A stretch of DNA of 64,000 nt. Origin: Octopus vulgaris (taxonomy: Eukaryota). Location of the stretch: positions 55,366,001 through 55,430,000 of the forward strand of contig OX597816.1 in NCBI GenBank assembly GCA_951406725.2, given 5' to 3'. The notes beneath the pieces were generated by a model, which saw nothing but the letters and a program-made list of their open reading frames with translations, searched no databases and was not told the DNA's origin. Made by a program: the position numbers and the translations under genes. Shown piece by piece: positions 26,721 through 40,415 of the stretch (the stretch's first letter is position 1; every line of letters starts with the position of its first letter).

Positions 26721-28567
26721 ACACGTCAGATATCTATTTAAATGTTGTTTCTGAATGAAAATTTAAAAGATCACCGAAAAAAAAAAAAGGGTTTTAATAA
26801 AGTCTCCTCCGGCTTAATGAATCGTGGCTTGTATATTATTCTAAAAACATTCTCTTTTTTGTCTTTATTTGATGTGCGATTTTGTTAGAACAAAAGTAAA
26901 GTGGAAAGACTAGGATTTGTTCGAAGCATATATGTGTAATTATTTACCATTTTTGAAATCTGTGAGGTATTAATCTCTCGTATTTGTTGACAATAAACAT
27001 TGTGTATCTTTCTAAAGGTAACTTTCGTTTGCCTTTATAATATTCGGGAAAAGCTCGATTGATACTTCCTGTTATAAATATAAACACCATTCCCATACAT
27101 TATTACACTTTATATTTCCTGTTATATATTTAACCAATTCTAAATTCGTGACATGCTCCAAGTAACATAACGGGGTTCAAATGAAGTCAATTTTTACTAT
27201 ATTTTCTCCATAAAATGAAATAATTTTACAAGCTGACTGAGCTGTGACAAATTTAGCATGGCTCTAACTCTTTCCATGTAACACAACTTTTGATAAATCG
27301 TGATACAGGTAATGTAATTATAAATATATGTTCACTTCGTTATCTGTCAACTTGAGAGTAGAATTATTTCGATGCCATGCAGTAGTCTTCATTTTTATCG
27401 TGTTTTGTCACTTTCAGTGGAGGGCTTTTGTTCTATTGATCTTTCTTTTCCCATATGAAATATATCGCTGATATAACAGCAATATAATACAGTTACACAT
27501 TGAGAAAAAGAATACGTGTTCAAAGATTAGTTTTCATAAAACTTAAACCACGTGTTTAATGAAATTTCTATGTAAATCAAGTAACTTTTATATTTTACCA
27601 AACTTCATAAAAAAAAACGAAATAAACAATAAAAATGTATAACAGCTAAAATTGAGATCTAACGATTTAAAACAGTATTTTACAGTGGCTAGAACATCTA
27701 ATCTGATACACAAACTCAAAAGCGTAGAAAAAAATAAGATTAATTGTAATCTTTGAATCATTTGACGTTCATGTTCACAGTTACATTAAAGATATTAATA
27801 AAATTCTAAATGATTTACCAAACGAATCAGAAAGATAGAATATTGGTCTTTGTATGGCACCAATATTATAGCTTCTGATTTACATAGATTTACAAGGACA
27901 TTTACTAACGCGCTTCAAAATTTTAAAATCAAAACTGATAATTTTATGATGAAAATAATTATCGTTATTCAACGAAGAATGTTGCAAGTCAAAGCTTTTA
28001 GGTTGAAAGATATCAAAGTTGGAAGATTCTTGTGTGTCTGGTAAATAAATTTTCTAATTAATGTGGTAAAATCTTTACTACAAATCTCCGATATAATTAA
28101 AAGCAATCTTGAAACAGTGTCTAAATGACTGCTTACTCCTGTGCAGCAAACTGAAAATATGTTTTAAAAAAATCAATCTCTGTAACGTATAGTACAAGGA
28201 TGTTTAACATGTAAATAGCAGCCGAAAAGAGAAAAAGACATTGCTGTTACAATCTTAAAATAATCTAGTACACATATGATAATGTTTTCATACATATTTC
28301 GAAAAAAGGGTCATAGTCACAGTTAGAATATTTTGCTGTGCTCTTTTATAGAGTTCCTGTGGATACCCCTCCACAAAAATGAACAAAAACGGCCCGCAAA
28401 TTGTTCAAGATATGTTAAACAATCTTCACCCGTTTTAAACTTGATAATACGTAATCAAAATGAATGATACTCAGAATTAACACTTTATAACATTCCCATA
28501 TTTCCATAATAGGAAATAAACCGCTAAGCATTTCACCTGACGTGCTATTGATTCTACCAGCTCGCCG

Positions 28568-28940
<373 letters not shown>

Positions 28941-29009
28941 TTTTTCTTTTGCCGCATTATTATGATCACAAATGGATATTTATATAATCAGCAAACAGAC
29001 TTTATTATT

Positions 29010-29520
29010 TTTGCATTTTAGAACAGTATCCGGTTTATTAGCTCAGATGATTGTGTTTCTATGTAGAGGAAAGTCCACAGCGTCATTACACTTTGTCCTT
29101 TTGCTACAGCCTCATGTTGATGATTAAACCACTTGTCAACGTTTTCTAATTTATCATGTCGACATATTAACCAATGTAGATGTTGGCCAAATCTGTCATG
29201 CTTTGATTTGTTCTCTACTGATGCTAATGATTTACACACAGAAACTGAGTGGTTTACTGTTACAATTTCAACATTGCGGTATCATCACTTGGATCTACTC
29301 CATTTTTCATCACATTGGGTTGGTAGTTTCGGATGAATAAAATATTATCTTTACGAAGATGAAGCTTTCACTCTTTACTTTTAGCCTTGAGATTTGTAGC
29401 CACAGATTAGTGTGCTTCTGGTCAACATCAGTTTATTTGCTACGGGCCACATATTTGTTATGGAGAGGTTTCTGCTCTCCCCGACCAGCTAATTGTATGT
29501 ACTACTTTTCAGTTGGCATT
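29010..29520 (-). mobile_element. Degenerate R4/Dong-like fragment (endonuclease region)
   Basis: ORF 29018-29239: KHDRFGQHLHWLICR..KWFNHQHEAV..TLW. Confidence 0.65.
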
Positions 29521-30546
29521 GATTTTAATTTATTTGTGACAATAGCTGGCACACTATTATCACAATGATCCTTACATCGTCTTCATAGAAGTCAATAAAA
29601 AAAAATTAATCAACGGTTGACGCATCATTACAATAAATAAAACTATTGTGAAACATTGAAATATAATCTCCGATTTAGTTCCCTTGTACTTAGCGTCACT
29701 ATTTTCATCACGAATGTAGTGAAAATAAATAGGGAACATGTTAGTTAATACATAAGTATATAAATAGAAAGGAGTTATGTGGTAATTATTCCCGTTCTCA
29801 CCATCCATATTCAATGATTTCTATTGAACGCAATAAGGGAATTATATTATAAATTGTTGCTGGATTAAAGAGATCAACACCCTCAGAAGGTAATGATAGT
29901 AAATTTAGAAAATGAAACAAGGAAATACCATAAACTCAGTGTCAAAAAAGTTGAAGAATTTAATTTCATCAAGTCTGAATTTTTCAAAGTAAAAAGAAAA
30001 AGCTGATAAAGAATATGTATGTTTTTATTTTTTATCGCCTCATTAAAAACAAAATTAATTTGAAAAATTTCGTTCCTGACGACATTCGGTTTTTTAAAAC
30101 CAATTTAAAACTATGTTTGTGGTTTTGTTTACATGACGAGGCTTTTTAGTTTAGTTTTATTGGTGTTAAATTTACGAATTATACTTCTAGGATTCATTGA
30201 TCGTCCAAGCCTCCCTGGTCTAATGGTGTAATAATGTGCACTAGGATACAATGGGTGGTGATTAGCAGAATGCTAATTACATTAGCAATTAAACCTATGC
30301 GTTACGCACCAACTTATTTATTTACTCTCATTCACAAATTTTACTCTCATTAACAAACTTTCTTTGCTGATAATTAAAATAATAATGGTTTCAAATTTAA
30401 TCACAAGGCTAGCATTTACTGGGGTAAAGGATTTCGTAGATACTATTGACAGAGTACTTGACTGGTACTTTAGACACCGAAAAATGGAAGTCAAAATTGT
30501 CTTGAGAGGATTTGAAATCGGGACATAGAGAGCCAGAAGAAATACC

Positions 30547-30776
30547 TATTTCTTTACTACCCACAAGGGGCTAAATACAGAGGGGACAAACAAGGACAGA
30601 CAAACGGATTAAGTCGATTATATCGATCCCAGTGCATAACTAGTACTTAATTTATCGACCTCGAAAGGATGAAAGGCAAAGTCGATCTCGCCGGAATTTG
30701 AACCCAGAACGTAACGGCAGACGAAATACGGCTACGCATTTCGCCCGGTGTGCTAGCGTTCTGCCAGCTCGCCGCC
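30547..30776 (-). mobile_element. SINE family D nested in an older related SINE (~30380-30810)
   Basis: Homologous to 2171; approximate TSD agaaatacc / agaaatatc. Confidence 0.88.
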
Positions 30777-31264
30777 AGAAATATCACAAACCTTTTTAAT
30801 TCCGACCCCCCAAGGAATTGGCCATCTCACCATCATTTGCTTCTGGCAGAAACATGGGGGAGGCGTCGGTCGGTGCCATCGAATACAGTACTTGGCTGAT
30901 AGATAATTGTCTGTACATTGAAAGGATAAGAGGTGCAAATAAATGGTCTCAGTTGAATTTGAACTCAACACACACAAGGTCGGAGGACTCCAACGTAACT
31001 TTTATACGACGTCTTATGTACTTTGCCAATCAACTGTCCTAATAATGCCTCCAAAATCGGTACAAGAGTTGAAATTGGTGAAGTCAGGCCCGAGTTCATG
31101 ACCGCCATTTTTTCGTCATTTTTTCCGAGGAGGCTCCGACAATTCTGCCAAATCCAGGTTTCAGTAACTTCTAATTCAGGTAGGCAGCATTAGACATACA
31201 GAGCAGATGATAGTTAGTTAAATCTATCTCGGTATATGACTTTAGGCGGCGAGCTGGCACAACC

Positions 31265-31492
31265 TATTTCTTTACTACCCACAAGGGGCTAAGCACAGAG
31301 AGGACAAACAAGGACAGACAAACGGATTAAGTCGATTATATCGACCCCCAGTGCGTAACTGGTACTTATTTAATCGACCCCGAAAGGATGAAAGTAACGG
31401 TCGACCTCGGCTAATTTTAACTCAGAACGTAGCGGCAGACGAAATATCGCTAATCATTTCGCCCGGCGTGCTAACGTTTCTGCCAGCTTGCC
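31265..31492 (-). mobile_element. SINE family D inserted into the head of a plus-strand family-D SINE (31244-~31620)
   Basis: 16-bp TSD gcgagct(g/a)gcacaacc at 31249-31264 and 31493-31508. Confidence 0.88.
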
Positions 31493-32446
31493 GCGAGCTA
31501 GCACAACCGTTAACTCGTCGGACAAAACGCTCCTTATGTTCTAAGTTCAAATCTCACCGAGGAAACTTTGCCTTCCGTCCTTTTGGTGTTGATATGATAA
31601 CATAGAAGTCAAGTGGTAAGCGGAGGGAGGGGTCGAAGTAATCGATCCTTTATTGTCTTTATAGAACTCGAGTAAAAATTAATCAACGTTTGTTGTATCA
31701 CTATAATAAATAAAGCTATTGTGAAATCTTGAAATAAAATCTATGATTTAGTTCTCTTGTAACTTAGCGTCACTATTATCATCACAAATGTAATTACATT
31801 TATGTAAAGGACCGATGTAGGGAAATTTGCGACAGCAGTAATACAATGGAAACAGGGTGATCAACACTGAGAGGAAGAGCTCCAAGAAACTTACGAAAAA
31901 AGTAAGTATTGGGCTTATTTCATCGACATCGTATTGTGAAAAGAGAAAGTTGAGACTGACGGGATTTCACCTCACAGAAAATACCGAATGACGATTTGTT
32001 CGATGCTTTAATGACCCGACTAATTAAAAAAAATAATTCCTACCAAAATCGTTTTTGAATTATTTTGAAAGATTCCTTTGTTCCTTGCTCTCCACATCAA
32101 TATTTTCTCTACAAACGATTACTCAGATTTTCCCTAACACGCATAAACACATACACACGCACACACGTACATACAGACATATAACTATCATAAAATATGC
32201 TTGTACATAAGTCTACGTATACACACATATGCGTATGTACATGCATTCGCATGCATGCGTGTGTGTATGTGTTAGGTATGTATGCAATTTTTTTCATGTA
32301 TGTAGTTTCAGTAGTTGAATGTTTCAAATTTCTCAGTGATTTTGTGAATACGTACACGTATCTGTATTTTATGGCAGTTGGTAGTTCCATCATTCAAAGA
32401 GCGTTGTTATCGCTGTTATAATTCCTATATTCGTATTGTTGCTACT

Positions 32447-32834
32447 GTGGAGGCGCAATGGCCCAGTGGTTAGGTCAGCGGACTCGCGGTCGTAGGATCG
32501 CGGTTTCGATTCCCAGACCGGGCGTTGTGAGTGTATATTGAGCGAAAACACCTAAGAGCTCCACGAGGCTCCGGCAGGGGATGGTGGTGATCCCTGCTGT
32601 ACTCTTTCACCACAATTCTCTCTCACTCTTGCTTCCTGTTTCTGTTGTACCTGTATTTCAAAGGGCCGGCCTTGTCACTCTCTGTGTCATGCTGAATATC
32701 CCCGAGAACTACGTTAAGGGTACACGTGTCTGTGGAGTGCTCAGCCACTTACACGTTAATTTCACGAGCAGGCTGTTCCATTGATCGGATCAACCGGAAC
32801 CCTCATCGTCGGAACCGACGGAGTGCTTCCATCC
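32447..32834 (+). mobile_element. tRNA-derived SINE, family A head with family B tail
   Basis: tggcccagtgg A-box; ggtttcgattcc B-box; TSD attgt(t/a)gctact. Confidence 0.9.
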
Positions 32835-33005
32835 ATTGTAGCTACTCTTTTCATCTTCTACTATATTTACAGTTTGGACAATATTTTGAAGACGAATAGA
32901 AAAGTATATATATATAAATATGTATATATGTATACATATATATATATATATATAATTCATAAATAAGGGCAAACGAAGTATCTCATGTATTTCATTTGCC
33001 ACATG

Positions 33006-33063
33006 TATCACTGACGAAGGGAGGGCTGTTACGAGCTAAGCCTGAAATCGGTCCGATATGGTA
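33006..33063 (+). ncRNA. Type I hammerhead ribozyme motif in a ~350-bp segment (32954-33299) between (TA)n tracts
   Basis: tatca CTGACGA agg..cct GAAA tcgg t ccga TA tggta. Confidence 0.75.
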
Positions 33064-33300
33064 ATAATGAAATTTTTTAGAAATTTCTGTCGACCTCTTT
33101 TCGAGTAGCGTGCATATTGTGAAAAAATGATATGGTTAATGGACAATATGTCCAATTTTTCAGCATGTTTGGCATTAGAAACCTTTTCGTTTGCCCTTAT
33201 TTATGAATTGTCTATAAATTTAACATTTAAAAATTTAACATTGATAAAATTTTTTCCGAAAATAATTTTTTTTCGAAAAAAAATTTATCCTACATTAGAT

Positions 33301-33385
<85 letters not shown>

Positions 33386-33538
33386 TCTTAGGGTAGCAAG
33401 AATATTCATAGAAATAGGATTAAGGTAAAAGTTTTTATTTTCCAGTCACTTTCGGAATTACAATTGGTGGGTTGCTCTTTCTAGCGAGTCAGATATCCTA
33501 TTTTTTGGGTATCTCTTTTGTGTTTGAACGTACACTGT

Positions 33539-33598
<60 letters not shown>

Positions 33599-34396
33599 CA
33601 TATATATACATATATATATATGAGAGTCCGCAACGAAATATGTATTCCTATTTACCAGGTGTAGGTGTTGTGTGATTTATTTCTCTTCGATTCGTAGCAG
33701 AATATTACTAAAGTGTTTTGATAAAGTGTTTGACAGTTTATTAGGTGTCATTTTACGTTTGTGTTTATGCTTACTTTTTCAAAATCCCAGCTGTGCTTAG
33801 ACAGTGATGTATTAATTCTGTTAATAACACAGGGATGAGTGCGCGTGTTGTGTATATTAACTTTAAATATTTTGCCCGTTCCCTCGTTATACTTATACAC
33901 TTTCAATGGCTAAATTGTGACAACATTGTTTTATAGTTTACGCCATTCCTAGGCTGTTGCAACTCATCAGTTATATAATATACGTTCAGAAACATGAAAG
34001 AAAAAAGTTAAAAAAAAAACAACAACAGCAGCAACAAACAAATAATCGTTTTCGGATAAAGATCAAGAAAAATAACAAAATAAAGGCTACCATTAAATTA
34101 CCGAAAGCCTGAAAAAGTCCTTAAATACGGAAAAATAAAAACACGTAACAAAAAATACATAGGACTGAATGAAATAAATTCACGGAGAAGTTTGTAATGA
34201 ATACAAGTATAAAGCATAATGCCACATGGAGAGATATATAAAACATAGGGCCCCAATAATTGCAACTTGCTTCTATCTGGTCACACTGACATGAAACGGA
34301 ATCGGGGGAAAAAAGTCAGTTTAAAAAAAGTAGATACTCTACGTAGTGAATTCTCTCTTCCTCACATGACGACAAAATGTAAGGTTTCAGCGAGCC

Positions 34397-34442
<46 letters not shown>

Positions 34443-34577
34443 GCACACGCATGTGCACACACATATGCGCGCACGCACAAACATACACATGCATATCAAT
34501 AACTGTTTATTTGTTGAGTTATTAGAAAAGCACTTTTACACAAAACTGAAGAATTACCCAATATCTTGTGCCTGTGA

Positions 34578-34649
<72 letters not shown>

Positions 34650-34656
34650 TAATAAT

Positions 34657-35207
34657 GACCTGCTGCCGTACCAGGCAGTGCCTCTGATGGCTTCTGATCT
34701 TAACTGGTTGGAAGTGTTATCATGTACGTTGATTTGTCTTGGTATAAAAGATGGGCTACAGCAAATATTCTGCTCAGTACCACAGATTTGCTTGTCAGTT
34801 GTTTGACCTTAAACAATTGAGCATGTCCCTTACTGGCTGACGATATGTGCACCCCTGATCACAAGCAGAAGTAGTGGGGAAGCATCATAACTGTGTGCTG
34901 AAAGAAATTCTTAGAGATTTGGATTATTTACTTTTGGAAACATGGGTGGTTCATTCAACATCCTTAAACAATCCTTGTTCAGGGACCTTTTGAGCGGGAT
35001 GGGCTACTCGACCAGAAGAAATTCTAACTGGGGCCTACCTGCAAAGTCATGCACTGTTTATCTTGCTATGACATCACCATGTCGCGCAGATATGGTTGTG
35101 ATGCATGTGCCTGGTATACCCTTATCAGTCGAGTAGTCATGATGGGTATACTGGGTTTCGTATATTTTACCAGCGTCACTTTAATGGCATGCACCACTCT
35201 CTCACTC
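34657..35207 (+). mobile_element. ~554-bp non-coding (TAA)n-associated element, copy 1
   Basis: Homologous to copies at 38751, 45059 and 51107; (AAT)n on both sides. Confidence 0.85.
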
Positions 35208-35229
35208 AATACTAATAATGATAATGATG

Positions 35230-35300
<71 letters not shown>

Positions 35301-35305
<5 letters not shown>

Positions 35306-38300
35306 TCCACAACTCTAACCAAAACATGAAAATAATTGGTAAAATCTGGCTTGCACTTAAGGATATAATTTCTGCTAATGTTGTTGATATCACAAATCTC
35401 AACCACCTATACTATGCATCTGCGAAAATCTCAACGATCCTATGTGGTGTAAAGATTAGAAAACGGCAACATTCCCACAAAAAGCCTTCTTAGCAAGAGC
35501 GTTTGCAACAACAAATTAAACTATTTAGATCTGACATTGAATATTTGAAAAACCTTAAGGTTCACAAGACTACCAAACCTACAAAAACCCAAAAATTACT
35601 GAAAAAATACAATATGAAAACTATACTTGATATTGATGCCACCATAGAAACCATCAAACAAAAGGTATCTGCCAAAGCTGCCCGCATAGCGAGGTATGAA
35701 AAGCGTGTTAGATTTTTCAAGGACAACAACATGTTCAAAAATAACCCCAAGAATTTTTACAGGAAGATAGGAAAAACAGCGTTTACTGTAAGGTCTGTAC
35801 CATCAAAAGAAGAAGAGCAGGGATTTGGGAATAAAATTTGGCAGAAGAAAAAACACACAACGAAAAGGCCCCCTGGATTGACAGAATTTCTACAGAACTG
35901 GACTCCTTATAGGAGCAAAAGTAGGAGGGTGTCAAGGTAGAAGATATAAGATCTCCTCTCAGGAGGTCAAGCAAATGGAAGTCTCCAGGAAAGGATAAAA
36001 TTCCTAACTTCTGGCTGAATGCCTTCCCAGAGAGCCATGAACTGCTAATAGAACTGTACAATGATGTTTTGCAACATCCTAGTAGGATGCCTCCTTGGTT
36101 AGTTAATGGGTTAACATTCCTGCTTCCAAAAAGTGAAGAAACAAATGAACCAAAAAACTATAGACCCATAACCTGCTTAACAACTATGTATAAAACGCTA
36201 ACATCTGTCCTGACGGAATATACTTATAGTTTTTTAACAGACAGCAGCATTTTCTCTAATGAACAGAAAGGATGTAAACGTGGATCCTACGGTTGTAAAG
36301 ATCAACAACTCATCAATAAGATGATCTTAGAAGATTGTCACAAACGACACAAAAACTTATCAATAGCCTGGATAGACTATAAAAAGGCTTTTGATAGCCT
36401 ACCACATAGCTGGATTAGGAAATGCCTGGAAATGTATAAGGTAGCACCTACTCTGCGAAACTTTTTGACTGTAAGTATGAGATCATGGAGAACCACACTA
36501 ACTCTGAACAGTGACAATGAATCCCTAAATGCTGGTGATATAAAAATTTCATGTGGCATTTTCCAGGGTGACTTACTGTCACCACTCCTCTTTTGTTTAG
36601 CCTTAATACCTCTCTCAAAACTGCTCAATGACGCGCAGTTCGGGTATAAAATGTTTGATAAAAATATAAATCATCTCATTTACATGGATGATTTAAATCT
36701 CCTTGCAAAAAATGACCAACAACTCAAGGGCTTACTAGCGATAGTCAAACAATTCAGTGACGACATCAGAATGCAATTTGGCCTCGATAAATGTGCAAAA
36801 GCTACATTTATCAAAGGAAAAATGACAGAAGCATCTAACGTTAACCTTGACCAGCAGAATGTCATAAAAGAACTCGACCCAGCGGAGAGCTACAAGTACC
36901 TAGGGGTAATTGAAGGGAACGGAATAAGGCATTCAGAGATGAAGGAAAGGATCAGGAGAGAATGTTATCGAAGAGTGAGAGCAATACTCAAGACAGAGCT
37001 GAATGCAAGAAACAGGATCGAAGCGATCAATGCATTATCTATACCAGTCGTGACTTACAGTTTCAATATCGTTAACTGGTCAATTACTGAAATATGTCTG
37101 CTCGACAGAAAAATACGAAAACTGTTGACAATGCATAGAATGCACCACCCTAAGGCAGATACAGAACGACTTTATCTGCCAAGAAAAGAGGGAGACCGTG
37201 GTCTTTTACAACTGGCAATAACAATGAAGATTGTTACAATTGGCCTAGACACCTACCTGAAAAAGTCTGAAGACTGGATGTTAAAACTTGTCTCAAAACA
37301 TGAAAACAAGAAAGCATCATACTCAGTAACAAAACAGGCAAAGGAATATCTAAGTGAATTCCGAATACAACAAATTTCGGAATTAGATATAGACATATCT
37401 GGAGGCGCAATGGCCCAGTGGTTAGGGCAGCGGACTTGCGGTCGGAGGATCGCGGTTTCGATTCCCAGACCGGGCGTTGTGTGTGTTTATTGAGCGAAAA
37501 CACCTAAAAGCTCCACGAGGCTCCGGCAGGGGATGGTGGTGATCCCTGCTGTACTCTTTCACCACTCTAAAGGCGGTGCTCCAGCATGGCCGCAGTCAAA
37601 TGACTGAAACAAGTACAAAAAAAAAAAAAAAAAAAAAACAAGAAACAAGCACAGAAAAAGCTAGGCGCATGAAAACCCGTGCCAAAACTGTGGCCTTAGA
37701 TATTCTGAATAATAAATGGCAAGAAAAACTTCTCTATGGCAAATACCCAAACAGAGCGTATAATGCAGATATCGACAAAGCCCTGACCCATCAATGGCTA
37801 ATGGCCTCTGGATTAAAATCTGAAACAGAAGGGTTTATCATAGCAGCTCAAGATCAATGCCTACCAACAAGAAACTACCAGGACAACATATTAAAGAACG
37901 GCAGCAGCCCAACATGTCTTGTATGCCGACAACAAAAGGAGACCATTGATCATGTTGTCTCCAAGTGCAGTCTTCTAGCGCCTACAGAGTACCTCAACAG
38001 GCATGATAGAGCTGCACAATATATTCACTGGGTAATTTGCAAAAACCTGGATTTGTCCCATGAAAAAAACTGGTGGGAACACAATCCACCTCCAGTGCTT
38101 GAAAATGACCACATCTCACTCCTCTGGAACTTCACCATTCAAACTGACAGAAAGATAGATGCAAATAGGCCAGACATCATATTGAAAGACTTCAAACAAA
38201 GAACATGCCTCCTCATTGATATGACTCAATCGATATAAACGTATCTGTCAAGACCTACCAAAAACTGAGCAAATATAAAGATCTTGAAATAGAAATCAGC

Positions 38301-38477
38301 AAAATGTGGAACCTGAAGACTAAAACAATATCTGTTGCCATAGGTGCCCTGGGAATGATAGCGAAAGGGGCTGATTGCTATCTAACTCAGATACCAGGAA
38401 ACCCCAAAATGGCAGAAATTCAAAAGATAGTGCTCATGGGAACTGCTCATATCCTACGCAAAATACTCTCTATGTAA
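35301..38477 (+). pseudogene. RT-REL polyprotein, disrupted by stops, frameshifts and a SINE insertion
   Basis: ORF pieces 35503-35940, 36069-37390 and 37640-38238; C-terminal GTAHILRKILSM*. Confidence 0.92.
37401..37638 (+). mobile_element. Chimeric SINE (family A head + family C 3' end + poly-A) inside the Dong ORF
   Basis: 37401-37567 matches 32449/63550; 37568-37615 matches ~58245-58292; A-run follows; absent from the paralogous site near 940-960. Confidence 0.88.
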
Positions 38478-38668
38478 TCCCAAGGTTTAAAACAAACTTT
38501 TTTTAAAAAATTATGTATTAGACATTCACTAGTACAACACCAAAAAACCCCCAAATATATGGCACACTAGGTATAACAACAACGTGAACTTCCAACCTGT
38601 TGTCTCTTGAGGTCTCTGGGTGAGACTTGGAGCCAACTTGTACAGACATAAGGCAAAAGTCAAACATA

Positions 38669-38750
<82 letters not shown>

Positions 38751-38754
<4 letters not shown>

Positions 38755-39197
38755 TTCTGCTCAATACCACAGATTTGCATGTCAGTTGTTTGACCTTAAC
38801 CAGTTGAGCATGTCCCTTAGTGGCTGACGATATGTGCATCTCTGATCACGAGCAGAAGTAGTGGGGGAGCATCATAGCCATGTGTTGAGAAGGATTCTTT
38901 GGGGTTTGAATAATTCACCTCTGGAAACATGGGTGTTTCGTTCAACGTCCTTAAACAACCCTTATTCAGGGACCTTTTGAGCGGGATGGGTTACTCGATC
39001 AGAAGAAAATTCTAACTGGGCTCCACCTGCAAGGTCATGTGCTGTTTATCTTGATATGAGATCACCATGTCGCGCACATATGGTTGTGATGCATGTGCCT
39101 GGTGTACCCTTATCAGACGGGTAGTCATGATGGGTATACTGGGCTTCGTATATTTTACCCCAGTGTCACTTTGATGGCATGCTCTGCTCGCTCACTC
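38751..39197 (+). mobile_element. 554-bp element, 5'-truncated copy 2
   Basis: Homology; (AAT)n on both sides. Confidence 0.85.
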
Positions 39198-39327
<130 letters not shown>

Positions 39328-39349
39328 GTAATAATAATAATAATAATTA

Positions 39350-39532
39350 TAACAACATCCGAAAAATACCTTATGAATGAGGACCCAGGTTCGAAATTCC
39401 CCCAGGACACCTGATAAAGGCTGGAGAGTATATCAACTGAAACGTTGTGTTAACAACAAAAAACATGAGAACAAATATCCGTCAAATGTAAATAATGTAC
39501 ATAATTCCTCATCTCTCAAATATAGAACTGTA
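39350..39532 (+). mobile_element. PLE terminal repeat 3' half with degenerate HHR (39406-39451)
   Basis: Homologous to 18182-18345 (-); gacac CTGATAA aggctg..caact GAAA cg TT gtgtt. Confidence 0.8.
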
Positions 39533-39586
39533 CTGTACTAAGGATTTTCTATTTCTTATTCCACTATATATATAGGCATGTTTACA

Positions 39587-39965
<379 letters not shown>

Positions 39966-40327
39966 GAAAACTTATTTATGTGTTTGCACGTTTATGTATG
40001 TACCTATATGTATGTATGTATGTATTTGTATGTATGTTCGTATACGAATAAAATATTTTAAATAAAATTCGACCAGTAAATGAATTGGTTTTTATATGTC
40101 CTTGGGGACAAAAGTCGGGATTGATCATATTCTTTCTAACCTCCATTGAATTTCTGTGAAGATCTAAGAAGACGAAAGACTGAGCAGATCGATATCTTCT
40201 CACGCGAAGATGTGTTGTATTCCTTTTGTGTGCTTTTCATGATGCTGCTAACATTTCATGTTTACCAAGGATATATACGTCACTCCAAAAAGTAAGATAT
40301 GCTTTGACATGCATAAATAACTATTGA

Positions 40328-40415
<88 letters not shown>

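Larger units (their letters stand above)
35301..38670 (+). mobile_element. R4/Dong-clade non-LTR retrotransposon, 5'-truncated, in (TAA)n
   Basis: RT (NYRPITCL, DYKKAFD, GIFQGD, IYMDD), CCHC knuckle (CLVC..DHVVSKC), REL endonuclease (RPDII..LLID); bounded by (AAT)n. Confidence 0.95.

Noticed and set aside
32449-32525. tRNA gene calls for SINE/PLE heads (also 37401, 46196, 63550)
   Set aside because: No complete acceptor stem; they run into repeat bodies, some with TSDs
36069-37493. 474-aa RT ORF as an intact gene
   Set aside because: Fragment of a disrupted Dong element; its C-terminus reads into an inserted SINE
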